Shown here: positions 23,614 through 36,000 of the stretch, in pieces
Numbering within the stretch: position 1 is the first letter of the stretch
Layout: each line of letters starts with the position of its first letter
From: Lama guanicoe
Lineage: Eukaryota
Direction: 5' to 3'
Assembly (NCBI GenBank): GCA_013239625.1
Contig: MU055785.1
Span: 4,154,001-4,218,000, forward strand
DNA: 64,000 nucleotides
The notes under the pieces: generated by a model
What the model saw: only the letters and a program-made list of their open reading frames with translations
Database searches by the model: none
Told to the model about the DNA's origin: nothing
Translations under genes and position numbers: made by a program

Positions 23614-24095
23614 TATTGGTTTCTTGTGGCTGCCATGACAAATAACCCCATACCTGGTGGCTGAAAACAGCAGAAATTTGTTCTCTCACAGTCCTGGAGG
23701 TCAGACATCCAAAATTGGTGTCACTGGGACAAAATCTAGGTGTCAGCTGGGGGGCACCCCCACTCCCTGGGACGTTAGGGGAGGGTCCCTTCCTGGCTAT
23801 TCCCACTTCCTGTGGCGGCTGGCATTCCTTAGCTCGTGGCAGCATCATTCCAGGATCTGCCTCCGTGGTCACATAGCCTCCTCTGCTGTGTACAATGTCT
23901 CCCTCTATGTGTCTCTTACATGGAGATGTGTGACTGCATTGGCGGCCCACCCAGAACATCCAGGATACTCTCCCCAAGCCAGGAGCCTTAACTTAATTGT
24001 GTCCCCAAAGACCCTTTTCCAGGTAAGGTCACATTCATAGCTTCCAGGGGTTGGGCCCTGCTGTCTTTGGGGAGCCACTTTTTCACTTACTCTAC
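23614..24095 (-). mobile_element. MLT1 LTR
   Basis: tgtattggtttcttgtggctgccatgacaaataac...aggtcacattcatagcttccagggg. Confidence 0.75.
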
Positions 24096-25024
24096 ATTGA
24101 AGCTGTACGAGAAGTGAGATTTTCTGTCCAAAAAACACCCAGCTGGTCAGGTATAGAATCAGAGTCAGAATCCAAGTCTTCCATCTCCCAAGGCCGTGGC
24201 ACCTCAGGTATCATCTGCCCGGCACTGAATGGATGTTGGAACCCCTGGGCTGTTCCCAACCCTGCCACTTATTGGTCACGGGGCCTTGGGTGAATCCTTT
24301 CATGTCCCTGAGTTAGTTTCTTCCCATAGAAAATTGAGATGTTAACAAAACCCTGCTTGAGATGCTGCAAACATAAGACTTACTGTATGTGAGTGAAAGG
24401 AGGAGTAGAGGGGTCATCGCCTGGAGAGGAGGCAGGAGAGGCTCTGCAGCCCCTACCTACCCAGCATCCTTCTTCTTCCCCTCACTCTCTCTTGCACCCC
24501 TTCTCTGTGTCCTCTGTGCTTCAGCTGGACCCTGCTTCTTTCACTTCTTTACACACACCACCTAGTCCCAGCTGACACCTAGATTTTGCGCCAGTGGCAC
24601 CCATTTTCCAGATGAGAAAACTGAGGCACTAGACGCTGAGTCACTAATCTGTGTAGCTTCCAGAGTTGTCTGTGTGCTGCCCTGTCTCCTACCGACCATG
24701 CCCGCTGATCCTTCTGCCTCAGAGACTATTCCCCCTTTCTTGTGTCTTAACCAACTCTTGCTTCTTCTACAGATCATGACCTCTTAGAAACCTTCCCTGC
24801 CCCTTTAGGCACGGGTGCCCCTACTGGGGACTCTTGCAGCACCCTATTCTCCCCCTGTTCCTGCAGTCACCGCCCTGGGTGTAATTGCTTGTTTAATTGT
24901 CTGCCTCCTTGGCTCACTTGTAACCTCTGTGACAGCAGGAAATGAATGCATCTGCTTTCTTTGTTGATGGATCACCAGCATCTGATATGCACTCAGAAGT
25001 GCTCATTGTCTGTACGTATATATG

Positions 25025-25215
25025 TTTGGGTGGGTGGTTGGATGGGTGAATGGATATCTAGGTGGATGGATGGGATTGGATGGCTACATGGGAAGGTTGG
25101 TGGATAGCTGGACAGTCAAGTGATTGTGTGGATGGATGGATATTTAGATATATGATGGATGGATATTTAGACGAATGGATGAAGAGACAGGTGGGTAGAT
25201 GGATAGGTGAGTGGA
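25025..25215. repeat. Degenerate (TGGA)n simple repeat
   Basis: Arrays of ggtggatggatgg. Confidence 0.85.
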
Positions 25216-25844
25216 GGAGTCTAGCCATCACTAACTCTTACCACCTCCTTTTGTAGCAGCAGTGAGAGCTTAGATTCCATTATCAGCTCAGCTCAAACCT
25301 CTCATGTTTGGTAGGGTGTCCTCTGTCATAAAGACACCGAAATCTGCAAGGCAAGGTAATACTTCACTGTGCTAGAAAGGAACATGGAGGGACCTTCAAA
25401 GAAATCTGACAACTAAACTAATAGTAATAAATACAACTAAACATTGCTGAGCAGTTCCAAGGCGCCAGGCAGTGTGTTAAGCAATGCCATTTGTTCAGGA
25501 AATAGCCAGCTTTGTGCCAGGCGCTATTCCAGGCACTAGGGATACATCCATGAGCAAAGTAGACAAAAATCCACGCACCCCTGGAGTTGATAGTCTACTG
25601 AAGGCCTCGTCTTGTTTCATCTTAACAACCCGGGAAGGTAGACACTGTTGATATCTCTTTGCACAGAGCAGAAAGTGAAGTAAATAACTTGTCCAAGATT
25701 GCAAACCTCAGAGTAACAGCACTGATGGCAATAGGAGTAGCTGTTGTGAAGTCAGCCCCTCATGTGGGCCGGATGCTGCTCTGATTCATTTCCTTCTGAC
25801 ATCTGTCTTACAAGGCAAGTGCTGTTGTTATGTGGGGGTTTTTT

Positions 25845-26220
25845 TTCATTGAGGTAAAATTTACATCACATAAAATCAGCCAGTAATCATTTTAAAGTAT
25901 ACAGTTCAATGGCATTCAACATACTCATGGTGTTTGACAGCCATCACCTCTGTCTAGTTTTAAGACATATTTATCACCCCAAAAGGAAACCCCATACCCA
26001 TTCAATCAGTCCCCTTTCCTTCTGGCAATTACCAGTCTGCTTTCTACCTCTTGATTTACCTATTCTGGGCATTTCATATAAATGGAATCATACACTATGT
26101 GAGCTTTTGTGTCTGCTTCTGTCACTTAGCATCATGTTTTCAGGTTTATCCATATTGTGGCAGGTGTCAGCCCTCCATTCCTTTTTATGGCTGCATAATA
26201 TTCCATTGTGTGCCCAGACC
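25845..26220 (-). mobile_element. L1MB-like 3' end, antisense, running into a gap
   Basis: ttttttcattgaggtaaaatttacat...catttcatataaatggaatcatacac. Confidence 0.8.
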
Positions 26221-26455
26221 NNNNNNNNNNNNNNNNNNNNNNNNNNNNNNNNNNNNNNNNNNNNNNNNNNNNNNNNNNNNNNNNNNNNNNNNNNNNNNNN
26301 NNNNNNNNNNNNNNNNNNNNNNNNNNNNNNNNNNNNNNNNNNNNNNNNNNNNNNNNNNNNNNNNNNNNNNNNNNNNNNNNNNNNNNNNNNNNNNNNNNNN
26401 NNNNNNNNNNNNNNNNNNNNNNNNNNNNNNNNNNNNNNNNNNNNNNNNNNNNNNN
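26221..26455. other. Assembly gap (235 N)
   Basis: Run of N. Confidence 1.
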
Positions 26456-28249
26456 TGCTGCTTTGAATCTCTGTTTTCCAGAGGAAAAAAGACACACAGT
26501 GAGAGGTTAAGAAGTAGCCCAAGGTCACACAACCTATAAGTGACTCAGTGGGGATTTGAACTCAGGCAATCTGACTCCAGAACCCCTGCTCTGAGTTACT
26601 GACCACACCCCCACCACCACCATGTAAGTTCTCTGGATTTGCTCAGGGAATTCCTCAGAGTTGACTGAGGAGCCAAGTCCCCATACACCATCTCTAAAAT
26701 TCCCCCAAGTTGAGGCAATGGCCAGCTCACTTCCTTCTTCGATGGGCACTGCTGGGGGCGAAGGGGCGGGGATGGGACGCAGCACCCCTTCCCTGCACTG
26801 CCGAGGTGTGGGCGACAGTTATTAATGCCTCCTTGGCAACTGTCCAGCTGCCTTTTTCTGATTATTATTATTTTATTCGGCGAGATTAATGTGCCAGGTC
26901 AGAGCATAATCCAGCCTGTAAGAAGTGATGTGAATAGTCTCCTCAAGATAAATTGCGGGCTTGGAAAAGGTTCACAGCCTTTTCTTGCCTGTCTGAGTGC
27001 TCTCCCGAATCCTCATCAATCCTTGTCTGGGCAGAAGAAAAGGACGGGTCTTCATTTGCAGCTGGTAGGGGGCGGGGGGAGAAGAGCACATCTGTCAGGG
27101 ACCCCTAATGGCTCACAGCACAGATGCTCTTTCCTGCGCCTCCACGCATCCACTGAGAGGGTGGGTGGGTTTTTAATCTTACAATCATTATATTGGTAGG
27201 GCTTCTGGTATTTGGGTTTGCTTGATGGCCCCACAGTCCCTGACATGGGAGGCGGAGTGAGCCACTGATTCCCAGGTGCCTCCGGGATCTCCTCACACCT
27301 GGGCCTCCCAGGACAGCCATGCTCATTGGCTGGCCAAGACAGGTAGGGTTAACAGTGAGGACCTCAGCCCCAAACCATCACACTGGCCTGGTGTCCAGAG
27401 CAGCCACTTGTCACCACAAATCCAGATAAATTGTATAACTTATACAACTCGTACATCTTCGCCCTGCCTGATCAGACTCCCATCCACCTCTCTGACCTCA
27501 TCACCATGACCCTCCCCTCTCCCTTGCTCAGTCTGGACCAGCCAGTGCTGCCTTCCTTCTCAGGCCCTTTGCACTTACCATTCCTTCCACCTGGGAAGGT
27601 TTCTCCCTATGTTCCTGTGGCTGTCCTCTTCCCATCACTCCAATGTCACGTCCTCTGAGACTGTGTCACCTCCATGACCACCTTGTTTGAAGCGGTGGCC
27701 CCCAACATGCATTATCCCGTCACCATTTTATTTCCTTCCAGTATCTGAAATGACCAGATTGTTTTGTGTTTGTTTTCTGTCCCCACTACTCGAGTGTGGA
27801 CTCAGGCAAACAAGGACCATTAGGTCTGTCTTGATGCACAGGAAATGCACCGTAGATGTGATGGGCTGAATGAAGAGCCTCATGTTAATTAACTGTTAGG
27901 AGGTGGAAACCAGTCCTGCTGCTGCCCCGCCGGGTAGTGTCCTCCTTGGCCGCATCCCCTTTCTCTCCTCAATCCCAAGGGCGTCATTTGGGGCTTATTT
28001 GCTTACAGAGTGAGTGCTAGACTCTGAGAATATAGAAATGAGTAAGGTGCCCTCCTCCCCTTTGCGCACTCCTTTATTCTCTGTGAGTGATGCTCACACT
28101 GGCTAAGAGGGCAAATCTCTTCTCCCAGAAATGTACATATCACACACGGCAGCTCCTAGCATTAACAGTAGTAATCATTTAAAACTTGACTTGTCCACAT
28201 TGCTCCTTCCTTTTGTTAAAAGGAAATACTCTTGGCCTAGGAATCTGGA

Positions 28250-28450
28250 GCTGCACTGTCCAGTGTGGCAGCCACAAACTGCAGGTGGCTATTTAAATTT
28301 CAATTAAAAATTTAAAATTCACTTCCTCAGTTGTACTAGCCATGTTCCCACTGCTTGATAGGCACATGTGGCTGGTGGCTCCTGGGTGACTGTGCTGGAC
28401 TGCACAGATAGAGAACAGTCCCATCATCATAGAATGTTCTAGAATAGCAT
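28250..28450. mobile_element. MER3/MER33-type hAT element (another at ~41950-42280)
   Basis: gcactgtccagtgtggcagccac...cacagatagagaacagtcccatcatcatagaa. Confidence 0.65.
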
Positions 28451-29396
28451 TTTTCTGGAACATTCTTAGGACAGGGTTTATTCAACCTCCCCAGAGCATG
28501 GGTGGCAGGCCACTGCCTTTCTGCCCATTTCTCAGATGGAGAAATATAAAAGCGGGTACTTCTCTAAAAATGCTATGGGCATCACTATTAAATTCTGCAC
28601 AGCAGGACGGATGCTGGCCTTAAGTCAGCAAAACCAGGTTCAGATCCTGGTTCCTGGACTTATTACCTATGTGACTGTGGACAGGTGACCTCACTCTTTG
28701 GAACCCTCAGCTTCCTCATCTCTGAAGTGATCATTTTTATCTCCTTGAGGTTATGAGAAGCTGGAAGGCTGGATATCCAGTTTCTGGGTGGTAAGTAGGA
28801 TTAGCTGTATCAGAAGCAAGGAAGAGTTTAGCTGCACTGTTTTCTCCAAAGAATGCAGCATTTGACCAACTTCCTGTCTTTTCCCATAGAAAAGGAAGGA
28901 GGAAGCCCTCCCCATGTCTGAAATTATCTTAACTGACCTCTAATGCAACCTGCATAGCCAGCCCCTGGATGAGAGGTTTCCACAGGGCAGGACTCCACAA
29001 GCTTTCAGCCCTGGTGGTTTGTCTCTAAGTACAGGGGAGGGCAGACACAAGTAAAAAAGGTGGTCTTCTTGGATGTGAGAGCCAAGAGCATTCATGAGGC
29101 TTTATGTGCCATTAAAGTCTCCTCTATTTTCTGGACCCTGAACCCAGCACTTTTGCTTTCAAAGTGGTTTCCCATTGATTGAGTTATCTTCCCTCCTAGA
29201 GGTCAGTCATTCCCCTCCCTCCCTCCCACCTCCTTCTGAGCAGACCCTGATCTCCACCAGCGCAGGTCTGTGTTTCCTAGGTCTCAGCTGTGGTTCTTAC
29301 AGTACATCATTCTGGGTATGAAAGGGCAGAACTTCTGGAAAAGCCAGCTGTACTTACCTCCGTTTCCCACACAGCAGGGCTCGAAGGAGTTAAAAC

Positions 29397-29597
29397 AGTG
29401 GTTCCCAACTAGAGAAACATTTGGCCATTTCTGGAGACATTTTTGACTGTCATAACGGGATCGGAGAGTTGCTCTTGGTAGTTAGTGGGTAGAGACCAGT
29501 GATGCTGCTAAATGTCCAACAGCACGCAGGACAGCCCCTGAGCCCAAGAATGATCCAGTTCCAAATGTCAGTAGTGCCAAGGTTGAGAAACCCTGGG
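29397..29597. mobile_element. MER20 hAT element
   Basis: cagtggttcccaac...gatgctgctaaatgtcc...caaatgtcagtagtgccaaggttgagaaaccctg. Confidence 0.8.
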
Positions 29598-29604
29598 TTA
29601 AATG

Positions 29605-30030
29605 TTTGTTTTATGGGCTGAACTGCACTCCCCCACCGCCTTCCCCTAAATTCGTATGTTGAAGTCCTAGCCCCTAGTATAGTCAGAATGTGGATGTATT
29701 AGGAGAGAGAGTCTTTAAACAGATAATTAAGTTAAAATGAGGTCATTATGGTGGGCTCTAATCTAATATGATCAGTGTCCTTTTAAAAAGGAAATCGGGA
29801 CACAGACGTACAAAAGGGAAATCCATGTAAAGACACAGGGAGAAGACAGCCCCCTATTAGCCAAGGAGAGAGGCGTGGAGGATCTTTCCCTTAAGGCTCA
29901 GAAGGAACCAACCCTGCTTACACCCTGACCTCAGACTTCTAGTCTCTAGAACTGTTGGAAAATAAGCTTCTGTTGCTATAAGCTCCCCAGTCTGTGGTAC
30001 TGAGTTACAGCAGCCCTAGCTGATTAATAT
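29605..30030 (+). mobile_element. MLT1 LTR
   Basis: tgttttatgggctgaactg...gttaaaatgaggtcattatggtggg...cagcagccctagctgattaata. Confidence 0.8.
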
Positions 30031-30594
30031 ACCTACAGACCAGTTTACCCATAGCTTGGGTCCTTTTCAGAGTGTTTTTTCATCTATTCAGATGTCTCCC
30101 AACCTTCTCCCATTCCCCTAATTATTGAAGATACTTCATTTTTAAAATAGGTTATATAGTCACAGGGTTCAGATGTTAAAACACCAAAAACAGTATATTG
30201 TGAAAAGTCTCCCTCCCTCTCCTGCCCCCAGACACCCGTTTCCCCTCCTGGGAAATGAACGTATCATCCTCAAGTCTTTTCATAGCTACTGCCTACGTAG
30301 ACCAGCAGGTGCATGTATATGTTCTTCCTACTCATCTTTGTATATTCAAACAGTAATATTCTACACACAGCTCCCACCTTGCTTTTTTTTTTTTAACTTA
30401 ACCATCTATGTTGGAGATTGTTGCAGACAAATACATAGAGAAAACACAGCATAATGGTTAAAAGCCAGACTGCCTGGGTTCAACTTCTGTTTGAGAAACC
30501 CTTTGCCTTTACCAGCTGTGTGACCCTGCATGTTCCTTCACCTCTGTGTGCTTTCACTTCCTCATCTGTAAAATGAGATCATAATAGTACCTTC

Positions 30595-31240
30595 TGTGTT
30601 CCTTTTCAATTGCTGCTTAACAAATTACCACCAACTCAGTGACTGAAAAACACTCATTTACTCACAATTCTGTAGGTGAGAAGCCAGGCAGGCTTGACTG
30701 TGTTCTTTGTGCAGGGTCACATAAGGTCAAAATCAAAGTGTCAGCCAGGCTAGGCTCCTATCAGAGGTCTTGGAGGAGAATCGACTTCCAGGCTTATTCA
30801 GGTTGTTGGCAGAATTCAGTTCTGTGTGGTTATAAGACAGAGATCCCCATTTTCCTGCTGGCTGTTGGGTGGGGGTCAGTCTCAGCTCCCAGAAACCACA
30901 CTCTGGTCCTTTCACAAAGCCTCTTCCACCTTCAAGCCAGGATGGAATCCTTGTGCTTCACATCTCTCTGCTGTCCCCTTCTGCTTTTAAAGGGCTCCTA
31001 TGATTACATTGGACCCACACAGATAATCACCCTTTAGATGAGCTCAGAGTCCACTGATTAGTATATAATATAACATAATATAACATAATCCGGGTGTGAT
31101 ATCACATCAAATTCCCAGTCCTGGAACCATAATTACATCTGCAGAATCCCTTTTGCCATATAATATAACATAATCCGGGTGTGATATCACATCAAATTCC
31201 CAGTCCTGGGGATTAAGGTGGAAATTTGGGGGAGGTGCAC
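30595..31240 (-). mobile_element. MLT1 LTR carrying an internal 50-bp exact duplication
   Basis: ttgctgcttaacaaattaccacc...aaaatcaaagtgtcagccagg...; 31075-31124 is identical to 31160-31209. Confidence 0.75.
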
Positions 31241-32809
31241 TACACGCTGCCTCAAAGGGTATTGCAGGGATTCAACTACACATCTCATAGCCTACAATAT
31301 GTAAAGGTCAGATTTTGTTTTTAACAGCTGGATTTTTGTATTTTGGAAACTATGTAGATTTACTAAGGGTTTTGTTAAAGGGACTCCTCCAAGGACACTT
31401 TGGACAGTTGTGAATTGTTTAGCTCCCTTCGACCCATTGATTCCGTGGTTCTCCAGGGCTCAGGTTAGATGTCACCTCCCCCAACCCCCTTAAGGCAATG
31501 TTAGTTCCCCTCATTACAGCGCCCTCTCTCCCAGCACTTACCACTGCTCTGTCATTATCTGGGCATTGTCTCCTCCACTGGACTGTAAATTCTAAGGGGC
31601 AGACATACGTCTGTCTCATTCACTGGTGCAGCCACATCTTAAGACAAATCCTTACAGTGACCCCACGTGGGTGATGGCCAGTTTGCCTAAACCCATTTCA
31701 CAGATAAAACTGAGGATAAAGGAGGCTAAACAGTTTGTCAAGGCTCACTGGGCTCATAGGTGGCAAAGCTAGGACACAATCCCAGGTCTTTTGACTTATG
31801 ACAGGTCCTAAGAACATTGGCTAGTATTTTCAAGTTTTCTCCTTGCTTGTTTATGCCTCCACTATGGGAAGTCTTTCATTTGCATCATTTCATTTGGTTC
31901 CATCAACAATGCTATGAGATAGGTACTACTATTATTTGAGTTTTACAGGTGAGGAAATGTAGTTTAGAGTCAGGAAGGTCACCCAGCTAATGAGCAGTAA
32001 AAGCAGGGTGTGAGCCCAGAGGGTGCTCTGTCTGCAGCTGTTCTTGAAAATAATGATCCTTTTCTCATCCTGATGTTTCACTGGAACAGAACAGAAAGCC
32101 AGCAACAAAGATACTGTGAGCAATACTAATATCCAGTATTACCAAATGTTTAGTGTCCTTTATCCTTTAAAAAACTCAACTCCACCTCTGTAATGCCAAA
32201 AAGATTCCAGAGTACATCAAGAAAAAAGACAAGCAAGAAATACCTTTTTCTGGAGGCAGTGTGGGGTTATGGAAAGAACAGAGACTTTGAAATAAAACTT
32301 ACATTCAAATTCTGGCTCCACCACCTTCTGCCTCTAGGACCCTGATTGACCTCACTGAACCTCAGTATCCCCGTCTTTAAAATGGGGATATGGGGACTTG
32401 CCTCATAACCCTGTTGTGAGGATTAGTTAAGATAGCACAGGTTAAGTGATGGCTGGTTAGTTAATTATTGTTATCTAAAAGTAGAGAGCGTTCACAGTTA
32501 CCATTTATAGTTTTAAAGCAAACAAGGACGTCAGAATTTAACCCTAATCAGATGGACCAAAGTACTACTTACTCAACTGTGATTCTGAGGTCTTAGGGAG
32601 CTGTTAACAGGCATTTTATTAAAAGGTGTTCCGTGGCCAGATGACTTTGGGAAATCCTTTAAACATTATCCTCCACTTGCATATAGTAAAGGCTCTAAGA
32701 AGTCCTGGAGCCAAGAAAATGGTTTCACTTTGTCTTCCCTGACATTTTCCCAAATTACTAACCATAGAACCCTTTTGTTAAGGAGCAGACAATGCCGTAA
32801 AACCTAGTT

Positions 32810-33020
32810 CAGAGGTTGGCAGGGGACAGCCTGTAGACCCTATGCTTGTTTTTGCAAATAAAATTTTATTGGAACATAGTCATGCTCATTCATGTATTGT
32901 CTGTGGCTGCTTTCATGCTACAGTGGTGAGGTTGAATAGTGGTGACAGGATCTCTGTGACCCACAAAACCTAACATATTTATTGCCTGGCCCTTTAAGAA
33001 AAATTTTGCTAACCCTGGTC
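32810..33020. mobile_element. MER58-type hAT element (partial copy also at ~48190-48290)
   Basis: ttttgcaaataaaattttattggaacatagtcatgctcattc...ctggccctttaagaaaaattttgctaaccctg. Confidence 0.75.
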
Positions 33021-36000
33021 AGGAGTTTGAATTTATTTGCATTCTTGATTCTTTCTAGTTTGGCCCTTGCTGGAAAGTTAAGTCAGGGACTCAGTATTCT
33101 GCAACACACAGACATTTGGGAAATAGAAGACCCAAAGGAATGAAATATGGCCAGGAGTCTGTGCTAGAAACCATCAGAAGTGAGTTTGATCAAGTGTCAG
33201 TTTTGAGGACTTGACTATTTGAAATCACCAGGCTGATTTTAGTTTTTCCCCAAAACAGCAGGTGATCACACTTAACCCTAGGATTTGTTCTTTCTTCTGC
33301 TTGGTGTTTGTAGCCCAGGTGCCCACCAATCCCTAGGGCGGTGCTGAAGCCAGAGATGGCAAACACTCTAGGAGCTGCCATTTGCCAGCTTGTACCTGTG
33401 CCAGGCATCACTAATCAATCATGACCCTGCTCCACCCAGTTCAGCTTTCTCAGTGCAGCAATCCAGACAGTCTCTACCAGTCAATGTCAGAACATAAAAT
33501 GAAGCCTAAGCCTTTACTTTCAGTTGTTCCTTATAAAGAAAATAGAACATTCTGGCATCTGCAGAACTCTGTGGCCTCTCAGCTGATTGGGTGAGGCTTA
33601 CCAAGATTATTGAGGATAATGTCCTTTATTTAAAGCCAACTGACTGTAGATGTTTCTCATATTTATAAGATACCTTCACAGCAACACCAAGATTGGTGTT
33701 TGGTTGCATAACTGGATACTGTAGCCTAAACTGAAACATGAAACTAACCATCAAAATCCCCCATTAAACAAGATACAGAAGTTGGATCTGAGCTTGATGT
33801 TTTATTGTTTCCAGGAAGTATCCATGAAGTCTAATTTATTGACATTTTGAAAATAAAAAATGATTATTGAATTTGATCAAAAACCATAGGATTTTTCTCC
33901 TTAGCTCTGCGAGTATGAAGACCTGCATTATTCAATTTCCTATTAAGCCCTGCATTCTTGGAACAAACCCCACTTGATCACAGTGTATTATCTTCTTGAT
34001 ATGCTTCTGAATGCATGCTACCATTTGACTTAGGATTTTTGCATCAGCTGTCATAAGCGTCCCTCTCCCTTCGTCAGTGACTTCCTGGAAATTGCTCCCA
34101 TCACTTTCACTTACATCTCATTGGCCACCCCTGAGTCACATTCACTGCATGGGGGGCTGGGGAGCATCTTACAGCTGGGGGCCAGTGGACCTAGGCAAAA
34201 ATCAGGATTCTTATTTTGAAAGAGGAAGGGGAGAATGGACCTTGGGAGGCACCAGCAGTCTCTGTCCCAGTACGATCATCCCTGGTTTGTAGATGAGGGT
34301 CCCAAGGTTCAGCAAGGTAGGTTCACTTACCCAGGGTCACACAGCTAGTCTGTGGCAGAGCTATGACTTAAGGCTAGGTCTTCCAGAGGCCAAGGGAGAT
34401 GCCCCAGGGACCAACAATAATAACATAAGCAGTGTTCTATGATATGATACAGTGATAATAAATAGCTGATGTGCTTGGTACTGTTCTAAAGGCTTCCTAG
34501 GCATGAGCTAATTGAATCATCACGACAACCCTATGAGGTAGATACTTATTACCCCCAATTTGCAGGTGAGGAAACTGAGGCACAGCGAGGGTAAGTGACT
34601 TGCCGAGGGCACACAGTTTGTAAATGGCAAAGCTGGGATTTGAACTTGAGCAGTCTAGCTCCAGAACCCTGGCTCTTCACCACTACACAGTCCTCTCTGC
34701 CCATCTTTCCACACCCTGCCCTCCTGACTCAGTTATCCCAGCACAAATGACAGCAGCCGCTGCCACTCTCTTGTGTGGCCAAGAACAGCCAGAATTGCTC
34801 CCCACCAATCTAGGCGCCAAGGGCCGTCCTCTCCTAGCCCCTGTGGTCTATAATCTCCTCCCTCAGCTACCCTGCCCCCCTTTCTGTCTCAGAGGCCTGC
34901 ACATCATATTTTGTTGTTGTTCTTGTTTTATTTTGTTTTCCTTCCCCCTGTTCCCTGGGAGATTCTAAAAGGCTACACTCTGCCTCTGAGGGACGTGGTA
35001 AGGACAGGGCCCCAGCGAGAGAGCACCTGGGATTTCCCGCACCCCAGCCTCCACCCCTGCCTGGGACAGAGAGGGGGGCTTCTCTTGCGTTATTTATTTA
35101 TTTATCTAGCCTTGCTCAGCTCCACACCCCCCAAGCTGTTGTTCCCCACTGGGGAAGATGAAAAATGGCTTCAGACAATGGAGGACAAGGCTTGCCACAT
35201 GGCCCCCGCAGTTTAATTTCCTTTAATTCATTTTATATTGAACCAAATGATACTGTTTGTTTTTAATGGCAAACACTCAACACGGAGGAGGGGCGGCCAG
35301 GCCTCCTCCTGGGGAAATTAGGAACACAGCTGCTATTTAAACTCTCTTCCACCTCCCCCCTACCCCTCACCCACCACCCGCCACCCCCAGCACTAGGCCT
35401 TTGGAAATCACTTTCCAGGTTGAAAGATGATACCTTTCACCAGCTCAGATGGTCACTGCGCAGGGAGCTGGCGCAGCTCCCCCGCAGCTGTAGTCAACCC
35501 CTCTTAGGGTGGCCACCCCATCCCAAGGCCCAGCCTTCTTTGGGAATAACTGGAGAGATACATGGGAACAGGGCTGGGCCACGGCTGTTGTTGGTGCCCC
35601 TACTGCCCTGCCTGTTACTGAGAATTTGGGGCAGGCACCTGGCCCGAGCAGGACCCATCCAGTGCCCTTTCCCGGCAAGAGAGGAACACAAAGGTTGGAT
35701 GCATTCAGTCATTTAGCACCTGGGAGTAGCATCATGCATCAGTCTGTGTTTTAACCTGGTCACCGAGTAATTCACGTGCATGGGAAAGTTGGAAACACAC
35801 CCGTAAAGAGGAGAGGTCCTTCCACTTCAGCTGGGAGGTGGGCTGGTGAGCCAGCACTCCCGTGAAGTCAGAGAGAACCCAGAAGCCCTCCAGAGCCCCT
35901 TTTGGCTTAGGTGGGCCAGAGTCAGTTTCAACTCCTTGCAGGCAAAGAGAACTTGACCATATATGCCAGTCCCCTTTGGCAGAGGGTGGAGGGCTTCACA

